A stretch of 64,000 nt of DNA. Origin: an uncultured Gemmatimonadota bacterium. Its GTDB lineage: Bacteria; Gemmatimonadota; Gemmatimonadetes; Palauibacterales; Palauibacteraceae. How positions within the stretch are numbered: position 1 is the first letter of the stretch; each line of letters starts with the position of its first letter. Of the stretch, positions 17,872 to 27,878 are shown piece by piece. The DNA lies in assembly GCA_964499635.1 (NCBI GenBank), contig CAZCLY010000011.1, positions 97,424 to 161,423 of the forward strand, read 5' to 3'. The position numbers and the translations under genes are program-made. The notes under the pieces are model-generated. The model worked only from the letters and a program-made list of their open reading frames with translations. It searched no databases and had not been told where the DNA came from.

Positions 17872-20800
17872 CTAACGCGACGCTTCCCATCGCCTCGCCA
17901 CGGCCTCGAGCGTCCTCTCGAGCGTCCGCACGGCTTCCATCGCCTGCGTCGTAGGCCGGACGTCCGCCGACTGCAGCACCTCGAGCAGGTAGAGGAGCTT
18001 GCCCTGCAGATCGACCACGGTCTCGCGATCGGCGGGCGTGTCGCGGATGCTTCCGTACAGGACATCGGCCGGTTCGGGCTCTCCCGACCCCCGGAGCGCG
18101 GTCAGCGCGGCGCGGCTCGACGCATCGAGTCCGGTGCGGGCCAGCGCCGCACCGATCGCTTCGCGGATCCCCTCCAGCCGCAGGTAGGCGTCGTAGCAGC
18201 GCCGCGAGTACTCGGTCTGGAGCGCGAGGTCCGGTTCGGAGATCGCCACCCGCGGGTCGAGCCGCACGTCGAGCGGCCGGTTCGAGACCTCGCCGTCGAC
18301 GGTGAGCCGCACCGTGTAGACGCCCGGTGGCACGTAAGGCCCGCGCGGCACGCTGGGGGTGTTCTCGAACGTCGCGGCGATCGGATACTGGCGGCGTGCC
18401 CCGGGCGGCGGCTCCAGACGGAGGTCCCACACGAAGCGGTGGTGCCCCGCCGTGGTCCCGAGCCGTTGCGGTGGGCGGACCCAGTACGTCGGGTGGGCCA
18501 GCGTCGTCGCGTCGACCGCCTCCGGCGTGTCCGCGCTCGAGTACGCGCGCACGACCTCGCCGTCGGTGTTCAGGATCCCGAGGGTGACCTCGCGCGCCGC
18601 GGCGGGGAGCACGTAGTCGAGGATGGCGCCGTCGGGCGGGTTCTCGCCGGTCGGCTCTTCGGGCGGGAGCGGGGTGTCGGAGAACGTGTTCCCGCGCACC
18701 CGGAGGGCCGGGGGAGGGGGGACGAGAACCGGCCCTCCCCTGGTGGCGGCCTCGACGGCCCACCGGAGCGGCGCGAGGTCGTCGAGGATCCAGATCGAGC
18801 GGCCGTGCGTCCCCACGACCAGGTCGTTCCGGTGGATCACCAGATCGCGGATGGACGTGGCCGGCATGTTCAGTCGCAGGGACGACCACGTGTCGCCGTC
18901 GTCGAGCGACACGTATACGCAGCGCTCCGTCCCCGCGAACAGCAGCCCCGGCCGTTCGGGGTCCTCGCGCACCACGTTCACCGGCCCGTCGCCCGGCAGC
19001 CCCGCGACGATGCGCGTCCACGAACGCCCGCCGTCGTGCGTCCGGTAGATGTGCGGACGCAGGTCGTCGCGCCGGATCGCGTTTACGGCCACGTAGGCGG
19101 TCGCCGCGTCGAAATGGCCCGCCTCGATCTGCGACACCTTGTCCCACGCCCGGAGCTCCGGTGGCGTGACGTCTTCCCACGTCCCGCCCCCATCGCGCGT
19201 CACGTGGACCAGACCGTCGTCCGTCCCCGCCCAGATCGTTCCGGCCTCGAGCGGCGAAGGGCCAACGGCGTAGATCACTCCGCGGCGGGGCATGTCGGCC
19301 AGCGCGGGCGTCCGGTAGTCGCCGACCGACGCCGGCACCTCCGGCCGCTCGCGCGACAGGTCGGGGCTGATGACCTCCCATTCTTGCCCGCCGGTCGTCG
19401 TCTTCCACAGGACGTTGGTGCCGAACAGGAGGATGGCGGGATCGGCGGGATGAAACAGGAGCGGCATGGTGCGCAGCATCCGGTATTCGCCCGAGCGGAG
19501 CGCCTCGGGCGCCACGTTCTGCGACTGGCCGGTGCGCCGGTCGAACCGCGTGACGCGCCCCCCGTACACGATGTCGGGGTCCATCGGATCCGGGGCCACG
19601 TAGGCGTATTCATCCGCCCCCACGCCCTCGAACTCTCGGAAGGTGATCTGCCCGCCGTTCCCGCGGCTCGCGATGGAGATCGCGCCGCTCTCCTGCTGCC
19701 CGCCGTACACGCGGTACGGGAACGCGTCGTCGGTCGCGACATGGTACAGCTGGGACGTCGGCTGGTTGTACCACGAGCTCCACGTGCGGCCGCCGTTCAC
19801 GGTGATCGTCGCCCCCTGGTCGGCGGCGAACAGCATGATGTCCGGGTGGAGCGGGTTGATCCAGATCCGGTGATAGTCATCGCCGCCCGGGGCGCCCTTG
19901 ATCGACGTCCAGGTCGCGCCGCCGTCGTCGGACCGGTAGGAGGCGATGTTTCCCACGAACACGATGTCGGCGTCCTCCGGGTGCACGCGGATCTCGCCGA
20001 AGTCGTCCCCGCGGCCCCACAGACGCGGATCGGTGGACACGAGCGACCAGCTCTCCCCGGCGTCGTCGCTCCTGTAGATGCCGCCGTTCCGGCCGGCGTC
20101 CACGGTGGCGTACATGCGTCGAGGGTCGCCCGGCGCGATCCCGATCCCGATCCGTCCCGGACCCTGCTCGGCGCCCGGCAGCCCGTCGCCGATCCGACGC
20201 CACGTGTCGCCCCGGTCGGTGGAGCGGAACAGCCCGCCGTTCCGTCCCGAGAAGGCCGCGTTCTCCCACGGGCCCTCGCGGTGGTCCCACATCGAGGCGT
20301 ACACGATCTCCGGGTCGGCCGGATCGAGCTCCACCTGGATGGCGCCGGTGTTCTCGTCGATGTACAGCACCCTGTCCCACGTGCGTCCGCCGTCGGTCGT
20401 CCGGAACACGCCACGCTGCTCGTTGGGACCGTACGGGTGGCCGAGCCCCGCCACGAACACCACGTCGGGATCGTCCGGGTCGACGACGAGTCGGGCCACC
20501 TGCTGGACGTCGGAGAGCCCCACGTGGGTCCACGTGTCGCCCCCATCGGTCGACTTGAAGATCCCATCGCCAACCGACAGGTCCGGCCGGTGGAGGCCCT
20601 CGCCGGTGCCCACGTAGACCACGTCCGGATGGGAGGGCGAGACGGCGAGATCGCCCACCGACCCCGTGGGCGCGTCGTCGAACAGCGGACGCCACGTGCG
20701 TCCGTAGTCATCGGTCTTCCACACCCCGCCGTTGTTGACGCCGACGAAGAACACGGCGGGTCGCGTCGGGATCCCGACCGCCCCCACCGTTCGCCCGGCG

Positions 20801-20922
20801 CGGAACGGCCCGATGAGCCGGTAGTGGAGTTCCCACGAGCCCGGAGGGGTCTGCGCGTGCAGGGGGGCCATGGCCCCCGGCCCGAGCAGCGCGAGCAGGA
20901 GAGCGGATCGAGCGGTATTCAT
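17872..20922 (-). CDS. Secreted BNR/VPS10-like multi-beta-propeller protein (putative glycosyl hydrolase)
   Basis: RLIGPFRAGR, repeated [ST]xDxGxTW Asp-boxes, GTHGRSIWILDD; signal peptide ending LHAQ. Confidence 0.9.
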   Translation of the reverse strand: MNTARSALLLALLGPGAMAPLHAQTPPGSWELHYRLIGPFRAGRTVGAVGIPTRPAVFFVGVNNGGVWKTDDYGRTWRPLFDDAPTGSVGDLAVSPSHPDVVYVGTGEGLHRPDLSVGDGIFKSTDGGDTWTHVGLSDVQQVARLVVDPDDPDVVFVAGLGHPYGPNEQRGVFRTTDGGRTWDRVLYIDENTGAIQVELDPADPEIVYASMWDHREGPWENAAFSGRNGGLFRSTDRGDTWRRIGDGLPGAEQGPGRIGIGIAPGDPRRMYATVDAGRNGGIYRSDDAGESWSLVSTDPRLWGRGDDFGEIRVHPEDADIVFVGNIASYRSDDGGATWTSIKGAPGGDDYHRIWINPLHPDIMLFAADQGATITVNGGRTWSSWYNQPTSQLYHVATDDAFPYRVYGGQQESGAISIASRGNGGQITFREFEGVGADEYAYVAPDPMDPDIVYGGRVTRFDRRTGQSQNVAPEALRSGEYRMLRTMPLLFHPADPAILLFGTNVLWKTTTGGQEWEVISPDLSRERPEVPASVGDYRTPALADMPRRGVIYAVGPSPLEAGTIWAGTDDGLVHVTRDGGGTWEDVTPPELRAWDKVSQIEAGHFDAATAYVAVNAIRRDDLRPHIYRTHDGGRSWTRIVAGLPGDGPVNVVREDPERPGLLFAGTERCVYVSLDDGDTWSSLRLNMPATSIRDLVIHRNDLVVGTHGRSIWILDDLAPLRWAVEAATRGGPVLVPPPPALRVRGNTFSDTPLPPEEPTGENPPDGAILDYVLPAAAREVTLGILNTDGEVVRAYSSADTPEAVDATTLAHPTYWVRPPQRLGTTAGHHRFVWDLRLEPPPGARRQYPIAATFENTPSVPRGPYVPPGVYTVRLTVDGEVSNRPLDVRLDPRVAISEPDLALQTEYSRRCYDAYLRLEGIREAIGAALARTGLDASSRAALTALRGSGEPEPADVLYGSIRDTPADRETVVDLQGKLLYLLEVLQSADVRPTTQAMEAVRTLERTLEAVARRWEASR

Positions 20923-21073
20923 GGTGTTCGGCACCCGGCGGGGGTCATGTGCGCGTGGACGGTCGCTCAAACGAGGGGTCGGTCCGCCGGCGCGCCAGAT
21001 CGACGGGGCAACGTGGAGCGCCGCTCCCGTCGCATATGCCGACGAGGGGGCCGAAGGCCTACACTGGAGGACC

Positions 21074-21493
21074 ATGGAGAGGCCCGGTGTGGAGCGCCTG
21101 CTCGAGTTCGGAATCTACGTCGAGGACGTGGAGCGGTCCGCCGCGTTCTACGAGCGGGTGCTCGGGCTCAAGCGACTGCTGTCGGATCGACGGCTGGTGG
21201 CGCTCGACGTGAATGAAACGGGCGTCCTCCTCATCTTCCAGCACGGCGCGTCCACCGAGCCGATCGATACCCCGTACGGCGTGCTGCCGCCACACGACGG
21301 AAACGGGCGCACGCACTTCGCGTTCGCCGTCCGCGAGGGCGAGCTGGAACGCTGGGAGGCGTGGCTCGGCGCCGAGGGGGTCGCGATCGAGAGCACCATG
21401 GACTGGGGGCGCGGGGGACGCAGCCTTTACTTTCGCGATCCGGACGGGCACCTGCTCGAGCTCGTCACCCCCGGGACGTGGGCGACGTACTGA
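21074..21493 (+). CDS. VOC/glyoxalase family protein
   Basis: IYVEDVERSAAFYERVLG, HFAF and RSLYFRDPDGHLLEL; GGAGG RBS. Confidence 0.92.
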   Translation: MERPGVERLLEFGIYVEDVERSAAFYERVLGLKRLLSDRRLVALDVNETGVLLIFQHGASTEPIDTPYGVLPPHDGNGRTHFAFAVREGELERWEAWLGAEGVAIESTMDWGRGGRSLYFRDPDGHLLELVTPGTWATY

Positions 21494-21535
21494 GGGTCGC
21501 CCGGCCCCCCGACCGACTGGGGAGGAGGACGTTTG

Positions 21536-22867
21536 GTGAGCGGGTCGAGGTTCGACGTCATCGTGGTGGGGGCCCGCTGCGCCGGCGCGTCGCTGGCGAC
21601 CCTTCTGGCGCGCGAGGGGGCGCGGGTGCTCGTCCTGGACCGTGCCCGACTGCCCTCGGACCAGGTCCTGTCGACGCACACCATCCACCCGCCCGGGATC
21701 GACGTGCTCGACGACCTCGGCGTGGGCGAGGCGGTTCGCGCGCAGGCCCCGCCGAGCCGGCGCATCCGTCTCCAGAAGGGCCGGGAGTGTGCCGACGTGG
21801 AGTTCGCGAGCGGTCGCGCGGAGTACTGCCCCCGGCGCGAGCGGCTCGATGGGCTCCTCCAGGATGCCGCCGTCCATGCGGGCGCCGACCTCAGGGATCG
21901 GACTCGCGTGACGGAGATCGTGATCGAGGACGGTCGGGCGGTCGGCGTGCGCGCGAGCGGGGACGAGGGGACCGAGGAGCTCCGCGCGGACCTCGTCGTG
22001 GGGGCGGACGGGCGCCAGTCCACCGTGGCGGCGCAGGTGGGCGCCGAAGAATACCTGGCGTACGACGCCCCGCGCGCCATGTACTGGGCGTACTGGGACG
22101 AGCCCGCTCGGTGGCGAACGGACCGCTACCCGTTCGACATGTACATCGGGCGCGTGGACCTTCACGTGCGGGCCATCTTCCAGACCGACGGAGAACAGCT
22201 TCTCATCGGAAGCCTCCCCCCGGTCGAGGAGGGCCGGAGCTGGCGTGACGATCCGTGGTCGGGGTTGCGGAAGAGCCTGGCCGCCGATCCCCTGACGGAT
22301 TCGCTCGTCGGGGACGCGCCGCCCGATGGGAAGGTCAGGGGCACGATCAGGGAGCGCTACTTCTTCCGGCGCGCGGCGGGACCCGGGTGGGCGCTCGTCG
22401 GCGACGCCGGTCACCACAAGGACTTCGTGATCGGCGATGGGATCACGGAGGCCCTGCTCCAGGCGAACAGCCTGTCGAAGGCCATCCTGGCCGGAGGCGA
22501 TGCGGCCATCACCCGCTGGTGGCGGGCCCGGGACGTGGAGGCTCTCCCACGCTACTACTGGGGTCGGGATGAAGGGGCGGTGGGGCCCGTAGGGGTGCTC
22601 GAGCCTCTCGTGGTGGCGAGGGTCGGGGAGGATCCCGCGCTCCGGCGGCGCATGACGGGGCTCCCCGAGCACGAGGCCTCGCCCTACGACGTGGTGCCTC
22701 CCTCGGTGGCGCTGCGCTGTCTGCTCGCCGCCCTGGTGCGCGGGAGGCTCTCGGCCCTGTCCGAGTTCGCGAGCATCGGCGGCCGAGCGCGGGAGTTCCG
22801 GCGGGAGCTGGAGAAGCGGGAGCGCCTGCTCGCGGAGGCGGCCGGCCCGCGGGCCGACGCGCCGTAG
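21536..22867 (+). CDS. FAD-dependent oxidoreductase (monooxygenase/geranylgeranyl-reductase-like)
   Basis: DVIVVGARCAG, VGADGRQS, GWALVGDAG and GITEA motifs. Confidence 0.88.
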   Translation: MSGSRFDVIVVGARCAGASLATLLAREGARVLVLDRARLPSDQVLSTHTIHPPGIDVLDDLGVGEAVRAQAPPSRRIRLQKGRECADVEFASGRAEYCPRRERLDGLLQDAAVHAGADLRDRTRVTEIVIEDGRAVGVRASGDEGTEELRADLVVGADGRQSTVAAQVGAEEYLAYDAPRAMYWAYWDEPARWRTDRYPFDMYIGRVDLHVRAIFQTDGEQLLIGSLPPVEEGRSWRDDPWSGLRKSLAADPLTDSLVGDAPPDGKVRGTIRERYFFRRAAGPGWALVGDAGHHKDFVIGDGITEALLQANSLSKAILAGGDAAITRWWRARDVEALPRYYWGRDEGAVGPVGVLEPLVVARVGEDPALRRRMTGLPEHEASPYDVVPPSVALRCLLAALVRGRLSALSEFASIGGRAREFRRELEKRERLLAEAAGPRADAP

Positions 22868-22991
22868 GAGAATCGACGTTGCGCATCCGTGCGCGTCGGC
22901 GCGACGTTTCGCGTGTCGGAGGCGTCCCGCGCCGACCGGTCGCGGGGTGCGCCCACAGCGAGGGCACCCGGGCGGGCAAGGGCAACGAGCG

Positions 22992-23849
22992 ATGACGGAC
23001 CCATCTGACTCCACCCTCCGAAACGTGTCCGACACGGCGCTCTGGGTCGCCATGTACAGGGCACGGGAGACGGAGCGCAGCGAAGCGCTGTTCCGCGATC
23101 CGCTCGCGCGGCGGCTGGCGGGGGATCGTGGCGAGCGGATCGCCGCGCGGCTCGCTCCGAAGGCTCGGGACGACTGGCCGTTCGTGACCCGCACCTTCCT
23201 GTTCGATCAGCTCATCATCGACCAGATCGACTCGGGGATCGATACGGTGGTCAACCTCGCCGCGGGGCTCGATGCACGCCCGTATCGCATGAACGTGCCG
23301 GGGTCGCTCCGCTGGGTCGAAGTGGATCTGCCGGAGCTGATCCGCTACAAGGAGGAGGTTCTCGACGGGGTGAGCCCGCGCTGCCGGCTGGAGCGCGTGG
23401 CGCTCGATCTGTCGAACCGCCCCGCGCGACAGGCGTTCTTCGACCGGTTCGCGGGCTCCGGGGAGCGCGTCCTGATCGTGTCCGAGGGTCTGCTCGTGTA
23501 CCTGCCGCGCCAGGAGGTGGCGGAGCTCGCGACGGACCTCCGGGCCGTCGAGTCGTTCGACGCGTGGGCCCTGGATCTGGCCTCTCCACGGCTGCTCGAC
23601 ATGCTGCGGAAGCGCTGGGGCGAACAGCTGGGCGGCGCCGAGGCGCCGCTCGTGTTCGCGCCCGAGGAGGGACCCCGGTTCTTCACCGTGTACGGGTGGA
23701 AGCCGGCCGATGTGCAGTCGGTGCTCAAGGCCGCCGGACGACTCGGGAGGCTCCATTTCCCGCTCAACCTGTTTGCCAAGCTGCCGGAGCCCAGGGAGAT
23801 CAAGGGCAACATGATGTGGTCTGGCGTATGTCTATATTTTCCAGCCTGA
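22992..23849 (+). CDS. SAM-dependent methyltransferase, LCM family
   Basis: VSDTALWVAMYRA, DPLA, VNLAAGLDARPYR, WVEVDLP and SEGLLVYL. Confidence 0.9.
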   Translation: MTDPSDSTLRNVSDTALWVAMYRARETERSEALFRDPLARRLAGDRGERIAARLAPKARDDWPFVTRTFLFDQLIIDQIDSGIDTVVNLAAGLDARPYRMNVPGSLRWVEVDLPELIRYKEEVLDGVSPRCRLERVALDLSNRPARQAFFDRFAGSGERVLIVSEGLLVYLPRQEVAELATDLRAVESFDAWALDLASPRLLDMLRKRWGEQLGGAEAPLVFAPEEGPRFFTVYGWKPADVQSVLKAAGRLGRLHFPLNLFAKLPEPREIKGNMMWSGVCLYFPA

Positions 23850-23970
23850 TAGGTTGGTTCACCAAAGCGAACACGAGAGGCGGTGCCGCGGCTCTCGGGG
23901 GGCGGCTGGCGGCCGGTCGGGTTCCACCGGGAGGGATCACCCGTTGAGGATGTGGAAGGCGGATGTCGAC

Positions 23971-24369
23971 GTGAGACACAGCGCCAACACGACGTTCGAG
24001 ATCATGTCGTGGGACGAGGAGGCCTACGACGGCGACGAGGAGGGGCGGAGGCTCACCCGGGCCCGGGTCGTCCGGGCCTACGAGGGAGAGCTCGAGGGCG
24101 AGGGCCGCACCGAGTACCTGATGATGTACCGCGAGGACGGCGCGGCGAGCTTCGTCGGCCACGAGCGCATCCGCGGTCGTCTGGGGGAGCGCACCGGGAG
24201 CTTCGTGGTCCAGCACGTCGGGACGTTCGAGGGCGGGACGGCGCTCGAGACGCTCTCGATCCTGACCGGCTCCGGCGATGGGCAGCTCATCGGGCTCGTC
24301 GGCGGTGGCGTGGTCGAGACGCGACATGCCGAGCGGCATCCGATGACGCTCCATTACGATTTCGAATGA
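23971..24369 (+). CDS. DUF3224 domain protein
   Basis: FEIMSWDE, GELEG, YLM, FVGHERI.G.LG.R.GSFV and GSGDGQLIGL.G; start uncertain (23950 or 23971). Confidence 0.8.
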   Translation: MRHSANTTFEIMSWDEEAYDGDEEGRRLTRARVVRAYEGELEGEGRTEYLMMYREDGAASFVGHERIRGRLGERTGSFVVQHVGTFEGGTALETLSILTGSGDGQLIGLVGGGVVETRHAERHPMTLHYDFE

Positions 24370-25058
24370 CGTCCCCCGGCGAGCGCCACTTCGGCGGGCG
24401 CATCGGCTGGTTGCGGGCCGCCGTGCTCGGCGCGAACGACGGGATCCTGTCCACGGCCAGCCTGGTGGTCGGGGTGGCCGCCGCGCAGGCCGCGCGGGCC
24501 GATGTCCTTGTGGCCGGGGTGGCGGGTCTGGTGGCCGGCGCCATGTCCATGGCGGCCGGCGAGTACGTCTCGGTGAGCTCCCAGGCCGATACGGAGCGGG
24601 CCGACCTGGCACGCGAGCGCGACGAGCTTCGGACGCAGCCTGCCGCGGAGCGGGAAGAGCTGGCGAGCATCTACGTGGCACGAGGTCTCGACGAGGATCT
24701 GGCCCGACGGGTCGCCGACCAGCTGACGGCCCGGGATGCGCTCGCCGCGCACGCCCGCGACGAGCTCGGCATGAGCGACATGCACCGGGCCCGTCCCATC
24801 CAGGCGGCGCTCGCTTCGGCCGCCACCTTCGCCGTAGGAGCGGCCGCCCCACTCGCGCTGGTCCTCCTCGCCCCTCGCCCCGTCCTGATCCCGATCGTGG
24901 CCGCGGGATCGCTTCTCTTCCTCGCCCTCCTGGGAATCCTGGCAGCTCGAGCAGGAGGTGCCCGCGTCCGAGTCGCGGCCCTGCGGGTCACGTTCTGGGG
25001 AGCGGTCGCGATGGCCGTCACGGCCGCGATCGGGCGGCTCGTGGGAGGGATCGTCTGA
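24366..25058 (+). CDS. VIT1/CCC1 family iron/manganese transporter
   Basis: WLRAAVLGANDG, SMAAGEYVSVSSQ and HARDELG. Confidence 0.93.
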   Translation: MTSPGERHFGGRIGWLRAAVLGANDGILSTASLVVGVAAAQAARADVLVAGVAGLVAGAMSMAAGEYVSVSSQADTERADLARERDELRTQPAAEREELASIYVARGLDEDLARRVADQLTARDALAAHARDELGMSDMHRARPIQAALASAATFAVGAAAPLALVLLAPRPVLIPIVAAGSLLFLALLGILAARAGGARVRVAALRVTFWGAVAMAVTAAIGRLVGGIV

Positions 25059-25165
25059 CGCCAGCGTGCTATCATCGAGCTCGTACCCGGCGTGGACCAT
25101 CCCGCCGCTGCGAACGGTGGCGGTGTGCGTCCGATCCCGAAGCGAGCCTGGCCCGGAGGTGAACG

Positions 25166-25468
25166 ATCGAGCTCTCCTGTCGTCTCGGCGGTACTGACCT
25201 CCGTGCGCGTCGCGCCGAGCTCGCGCGCCTTTGGTCGCGCGCGGCCGCGATCCGGGAGCTGCCGGACGGGTTCGAGGCTCGCTTCGACCCCGGCGAAGTG
25301 AGCGCGTCCGAGCTCGCCGCGTTCGTCGATGCCGAGCGGGCCTGCTGCCCGTTTCTGAGCTTCACGATCGAGGTGCGGCCCGGCATGGACGCCATGCTCC
25401 TGGGCATCACCGGACCCGAGGGAGCGAAGGCGTTTCTCGCCTCGGAGCTGGCGCCGGGGGACTCGTGA
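25166..25468 (+). CDS. Small Cys-motif protein (SCRL...ERACCPFL...GPEGAKAFL), putative metal-binding; no canonical start
   Basis: Not in the ORF track. 100-codon open frame read by hand; its TGA overlaps the SDR GTG. GGAGGT lies 5 nt before an ATC. Confidence 0.7.
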   Translation: MELSCRLGGTDLRARRAELARLWSRAAAIRELPDGFEARFDPGEVSASELAAFVDAERACCPFLSFTIEVRPGMDAMLLGITGPEGAKAFLASELAPGDS

Positions 25469-26250
25469 CCGGGCTGGAGCTCTCCGGTGAGACGATCCTG
25501 GTGGCCGGGGCGAGCCGCGGTGTCGGCCGTGGCGCGGCCGCGGAGCTGTCGCGACTCGGGGGGACGGTGTACGCCACGGGTCGTTCGATCGAGGGGGCCG
25601 ACCTTCCCCCCGACGTGATCCGCCTGGCGTGCGACCACACCCACGATGCCGCGGTGGCCGTCGTGTTCGAGCGCATCGGCAGCGAGCGCGGCGGGCTCGA
25701 CATCCTGGTCAACAGCGTGTGGGGTGGATACGAGCGTATGATGGAGGACGGCGAATTCACCTGGCCGCGCCCGTTCTGGGACCAGCCCATCTGGCGCTGG
25801 GACGCGATGATGGACGCCGGGGTGCGCGCCGCGTTCGTCGCCAGTCAGCGGGCCGCCCGGCTCATGATCCCGGCCGGGCGGGGGCTGATCGTCAACCTGT
25901 CGTACTGGGCGGCCCAGAAGCACCTGGGGAACGCGATTTACGGCGTGGCCAAGGCGGCCACCGACAAGCTCACGTCGGACACCGCGACCGAGCTCCTGCC
26001 GCACGGGGTGGCCGTGGTGTCGCTGTACCCCGGCCTGGTGCGCACGGAGACCGTGCTCGCCTCCGGTATCGACGTGACCGGCTCGGAGAGCCCGGAGCTC
26101 ACGGGTCGGGTGGTGGCGGCCCTGTGGCGCGCACCGGAGCTCATGGAGCGCTCGGGCGAGGTGGTGGTCGCGGCGCGGCTGGCGCGCGAGAAGGGGTTCA
26201 CGGACATCGACGGGGCGAGCCCGCCCCCCCTCACCCTGTCCGATGCGTAG
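25465..26250 (+). CDS. Short-chain dehydrogenase/reductase (DHRS1-like)
   Basis: AGASRGVG, LDILVN, YGVAKAA and SLYPGLVRTE. Confidence 0.92.
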   Translation: MTGLELSGETILVAGASRGVGRGAAAELSRLGGTVYATGRSIEGADLPPDVIRLACDHTHDAAVAVVFERIGSERGGLDILVNSVWGGYERMMEDGEFTWPRPFWDQPIWRWDAMMDAGVRAAFVASQRAARLMIPAGRGLIVNLSYWAAQKHLGNAIYGVAKAATDKLTSDTATELLPHGVAVVSLYPGLVRTETVLASGIDVTGSESPELTGRVVAALWRAPELMERSGEVVVAARLAREKGFTDIDGASPPPLTLSDA

Positions 26251-26339
26251 CGGGCGGTGCACGAGCACCCGGGAGCGCACGCCGAGGGTGGTGTCGCTCG
26301 CCGGGTGGGCAGGCGCCGTGGCGAGCGCGATCCCGAGGA

Positions 26340-26514
26340 CGCCACGGCGCACCTGCCGACGGATTGGGACCTGTTCGGATCGTCCGGGCGCTTTCTCGGG
26401 AGCGGGTCCGTGCCCTCGATCCTCGTCAGCCGGGTGGACTATGTGGCCGGTATCGAGACCGATGCGCTGGGAGTCCGGTATGCGGTCGTCTACGACCTGG
26501 TTCGCTCCGGGTAG
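26340..26514 (+). pseudogene. 3' remnant of a 6-bladed beta-propeller gene
   Basis: WDLFGSSGRFLG...VAGIETDALGVRYAVVYDL resembles the typical C-terminus of such propellers; no upstream body. Confidence 0.45.
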
Positions 26515-26616
26515 CCCCCGCTGGCTCGTGCGCTCCCCTCCCGCGAGGTCATCTGGCCCCCGGACTCGTCGCACCACATCGTGGCACCCGTCGACGACGG
26601 AGCAGGAGAACAGGAC

Positions 26617-27273
26617 GTGGCCGACCGGAAGCACAGCCGACGGGGCGGCGCGGCGCTCGTCGTGGCGATCGCCGCGCTCCTCCCGTCCCCCTGCGGGGTG
26701 CGGGGGCAGGAACCCGACGCGTGGCTGCTGGACGGCGGCAACGCCGATCGATACCGCCTCGGTCTCGACCGGGACGTCGCGCACTCGGGCCGATCGAGCC
26801 TCCGCCTCGAGGCCCGCGGAAACCGTCGCGATCGCGAGTGGGCCGTGGCCGTCCAGATGCTCGATGCCACGCCCTGGCGTGGCCGGAGGATCCGTCTCGG
26901 CGGCTGGCTGCGGACCGAGGACGTGGGGTCGGGCCACCTGTGGATGCGCATCGACGGCATCCTCGACGGGGAGGCCGCGCTGGTCGCGGTCGACAACATG
27001 GAGGACCGCTACCTGGAGGACACCAACGACTGGACCGCGGTGGACATCGTCCTCGACGTGCCCCCCGAGAGCGTCACGCTCCTGTACGGCGTGATGATCA
27101 CCGGCGACGGCACCGTGTGGGCCGATGATCTGACGCTCGACGAGGCGCCCGCCGGCGCGTCGGTGACCGCGGAGACCATGAACGAGACGCTCGGAGGCAT
27201 CTACGAGCGGCCCATGGGGACCCTCCCCGAGCCGCGCAACCTCGACTTCGAGACCGCGGCGGACGGCGGCTAA
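26617..27273 (+). CDS. Secreted protein with jelly-roll/carbohydrate-binding-like domain
   Basis: Signal peptide; AHSGRSS, WRGRRIRL.GW, LWMRIDG, DNM.DR, DW..V.IVLDVP and G.VW.DD. Confidence 0.75.
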   Translation: MADRKHSRRGGAALVVAIAALLPSPCGVRGQEPDAWLLDGGNADRYRLGLDRDVAHSGRSSLRLEARGNRRDREWAVAVQMLDATPWRGRRIRLGGWLRTEDVGSGHLWMRIDGILDGEAALVAVDNMEDRYLEDTNDWTAVDIVLDVPPESVTLLYGVMITGDGTVWADDLTLDEAPAGASVTAETMNETLGGIYERPMGTLPEPRNLDFETAADGG

Positions 27274-27274
27274 G

Positions 27275-27820
27275 ATGGTCCTCGTGTTCCTGCACGGCAG
27301 ACCCGGGGTGGGGAAGCTCACGGTCGGCAAGGAGCTGGCGACGCGAACCGGCTATCGCCTGTTCCACAACCACCTGACGGTCGATCTCGCGACCTCGGTG
27401 TTCGACTTCGGCACGCCCGCGTTCGTCGATCTGCGCGAGCACGTGTGGCTCGAGGTGTTCGGCCGGGCGGCCGAGGAGGACGTGTCGCTCATCTTCACGT
27501 TCGCGGCCGAGAGCACCGTGGGCGAGACGTTCGTCGAGCGGGCGAGGGAAGCCATCGAACGCATGGGTGGGGAGATCCTGTTCGTGGAGCTGTGCTGTGA
27601 CGCCGAGGAGCTCGAGCGACGCGTCGAGTCGCCCGGGCGGCTCCAGTTCGGCAAGCTCGCTTCGGCCGAGGAGCTCCGGGCGCTCGGCCGTGACGGCACG
27701 CTGCTCGACCTCGAGGTGCCTCGAGCCGCCCGCGCGATCCGCCTCGACACGACGTCGCTCGATGCCGGGGCGGCGGCGGCGGAGATCGTGGCGAGGCTGG
27801 GCCTCGCGCGGGTGGCGTGA
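27275..27820 (+). CDS. P-loop kinase (shikimate/nucleotide kinase-like)
   Basis: FLHGRPGVGKLT Walker A; LFHNH. Confidence 0.85.
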   Translation: MVLVFLHGRPGVGKLTVGKELATRTGYRLFHNHLTVDLATSVFDFGTPAFVDLREHVWLEVFGRAAEEDVSLIFTFAAESTVGETFVERAREAIERMGGEILFVELCCDAEELERRVESPGRLQFGKLASAEELRALGRDGTLLDLEVPRAARAIRLDTTSLDAGAAAAEIVARLGLARVA

Positions 27821-27878
27821 GCGGACCGGCGGACCGCGGGTCGCCCGGCCGGTGAGATCTCTCGATGCGGAGGATGTG

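Noticed and set aside
25100-25165. Selenocysteine or stop-codon readthrough at TGA 25160
   Set aside because: The upstream frame shows no convincing start or coding character, and no SECIS was evident.
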